Of a stretch of 64,000 nt of DNA, positions 63,831 through 64,000 are shown one piece after another. The notes under the pieces are model-generated. The model was not told the DNA's origin and did not search any database. It was given only the letters and a program-made list of their open reading frames with translations. Source of the stretch: Zootoca vivipara. Lineage: Eukaryota. A program made the position numbers and the translations under genes. Positions within the stretch are counted from its first letter, which is position 1, and every line of letters begins with the position of its first letter. The stretch is from positions 16,616,001 to 16,680,000 of the forward strand of contig NC_083285.1 in NCBI RefSeq assembly GCF_963506605.1, given 5' to 3'.

Positions 63831-64000
63831 CAGTGGTACCTCGGGTTACAGACGCTTCAGTTTACAGACTCCACTAACCCAGAAATAATACCTGAGGTTA
63901 AGAACTTTGCTTCAGGGTGAGAACAGAAATTGTGCCACCACGACAGTGGGAGCCCCCATTAGCTAAAGTGGTACCTCAGGTTAAGAACAGTTTCAGGTTA
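63831..64000. mobile_element. Tigger/pogo-like MITE, cut by the window end
   Basis: TA|CAGTGGTACCTCGGGTTAC. Confidence 0.7.

Overview
Vertebrate genomic DNA, inferred to be a squamate and probably a lacertid lizard (Sauria SINEs, BovB, L2, CR1 and L1 fragments). The window covers the 3' part of CADPS2 (CAPS2, MHD1/MUN region) on the + strand. Ten coding exons were reconstructed with consistent phases, including a 120-nt cassette exon and a 15-nt microexon that the ORF track misses. The last two CADPS2 exons are not visible. The introns hold many transposable elements. The main one is a very young Tf1/sushi-type chromoviral Gypsy element (13274-18166, - strand) with apparently identical 428-bp LTRs and a 5-bp TSD. 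It has a self-priming PBS and a single in-frame Gag-RT-RNaseH-IN-chromodomain ORF with no zinc knuckle or protease. After the chromodomain, an integrase tail carries two tandem motifs resembling LEDGF-IBD/TND-interacting (helix-acidic-FxGF) motifs, and the ORF reads on into the 3' LTR. Other notable items are a solo LTR with an array of covarying stem-loops, Penelope-type fragments with minimal hammerhead ribozyme cores, a 170-bp palindrome, a non-autonomous Helitron and TAAT-rich candidate enhancers. There are two assembly gaps. All family assignments come from recognition of motifs, not from database searches.
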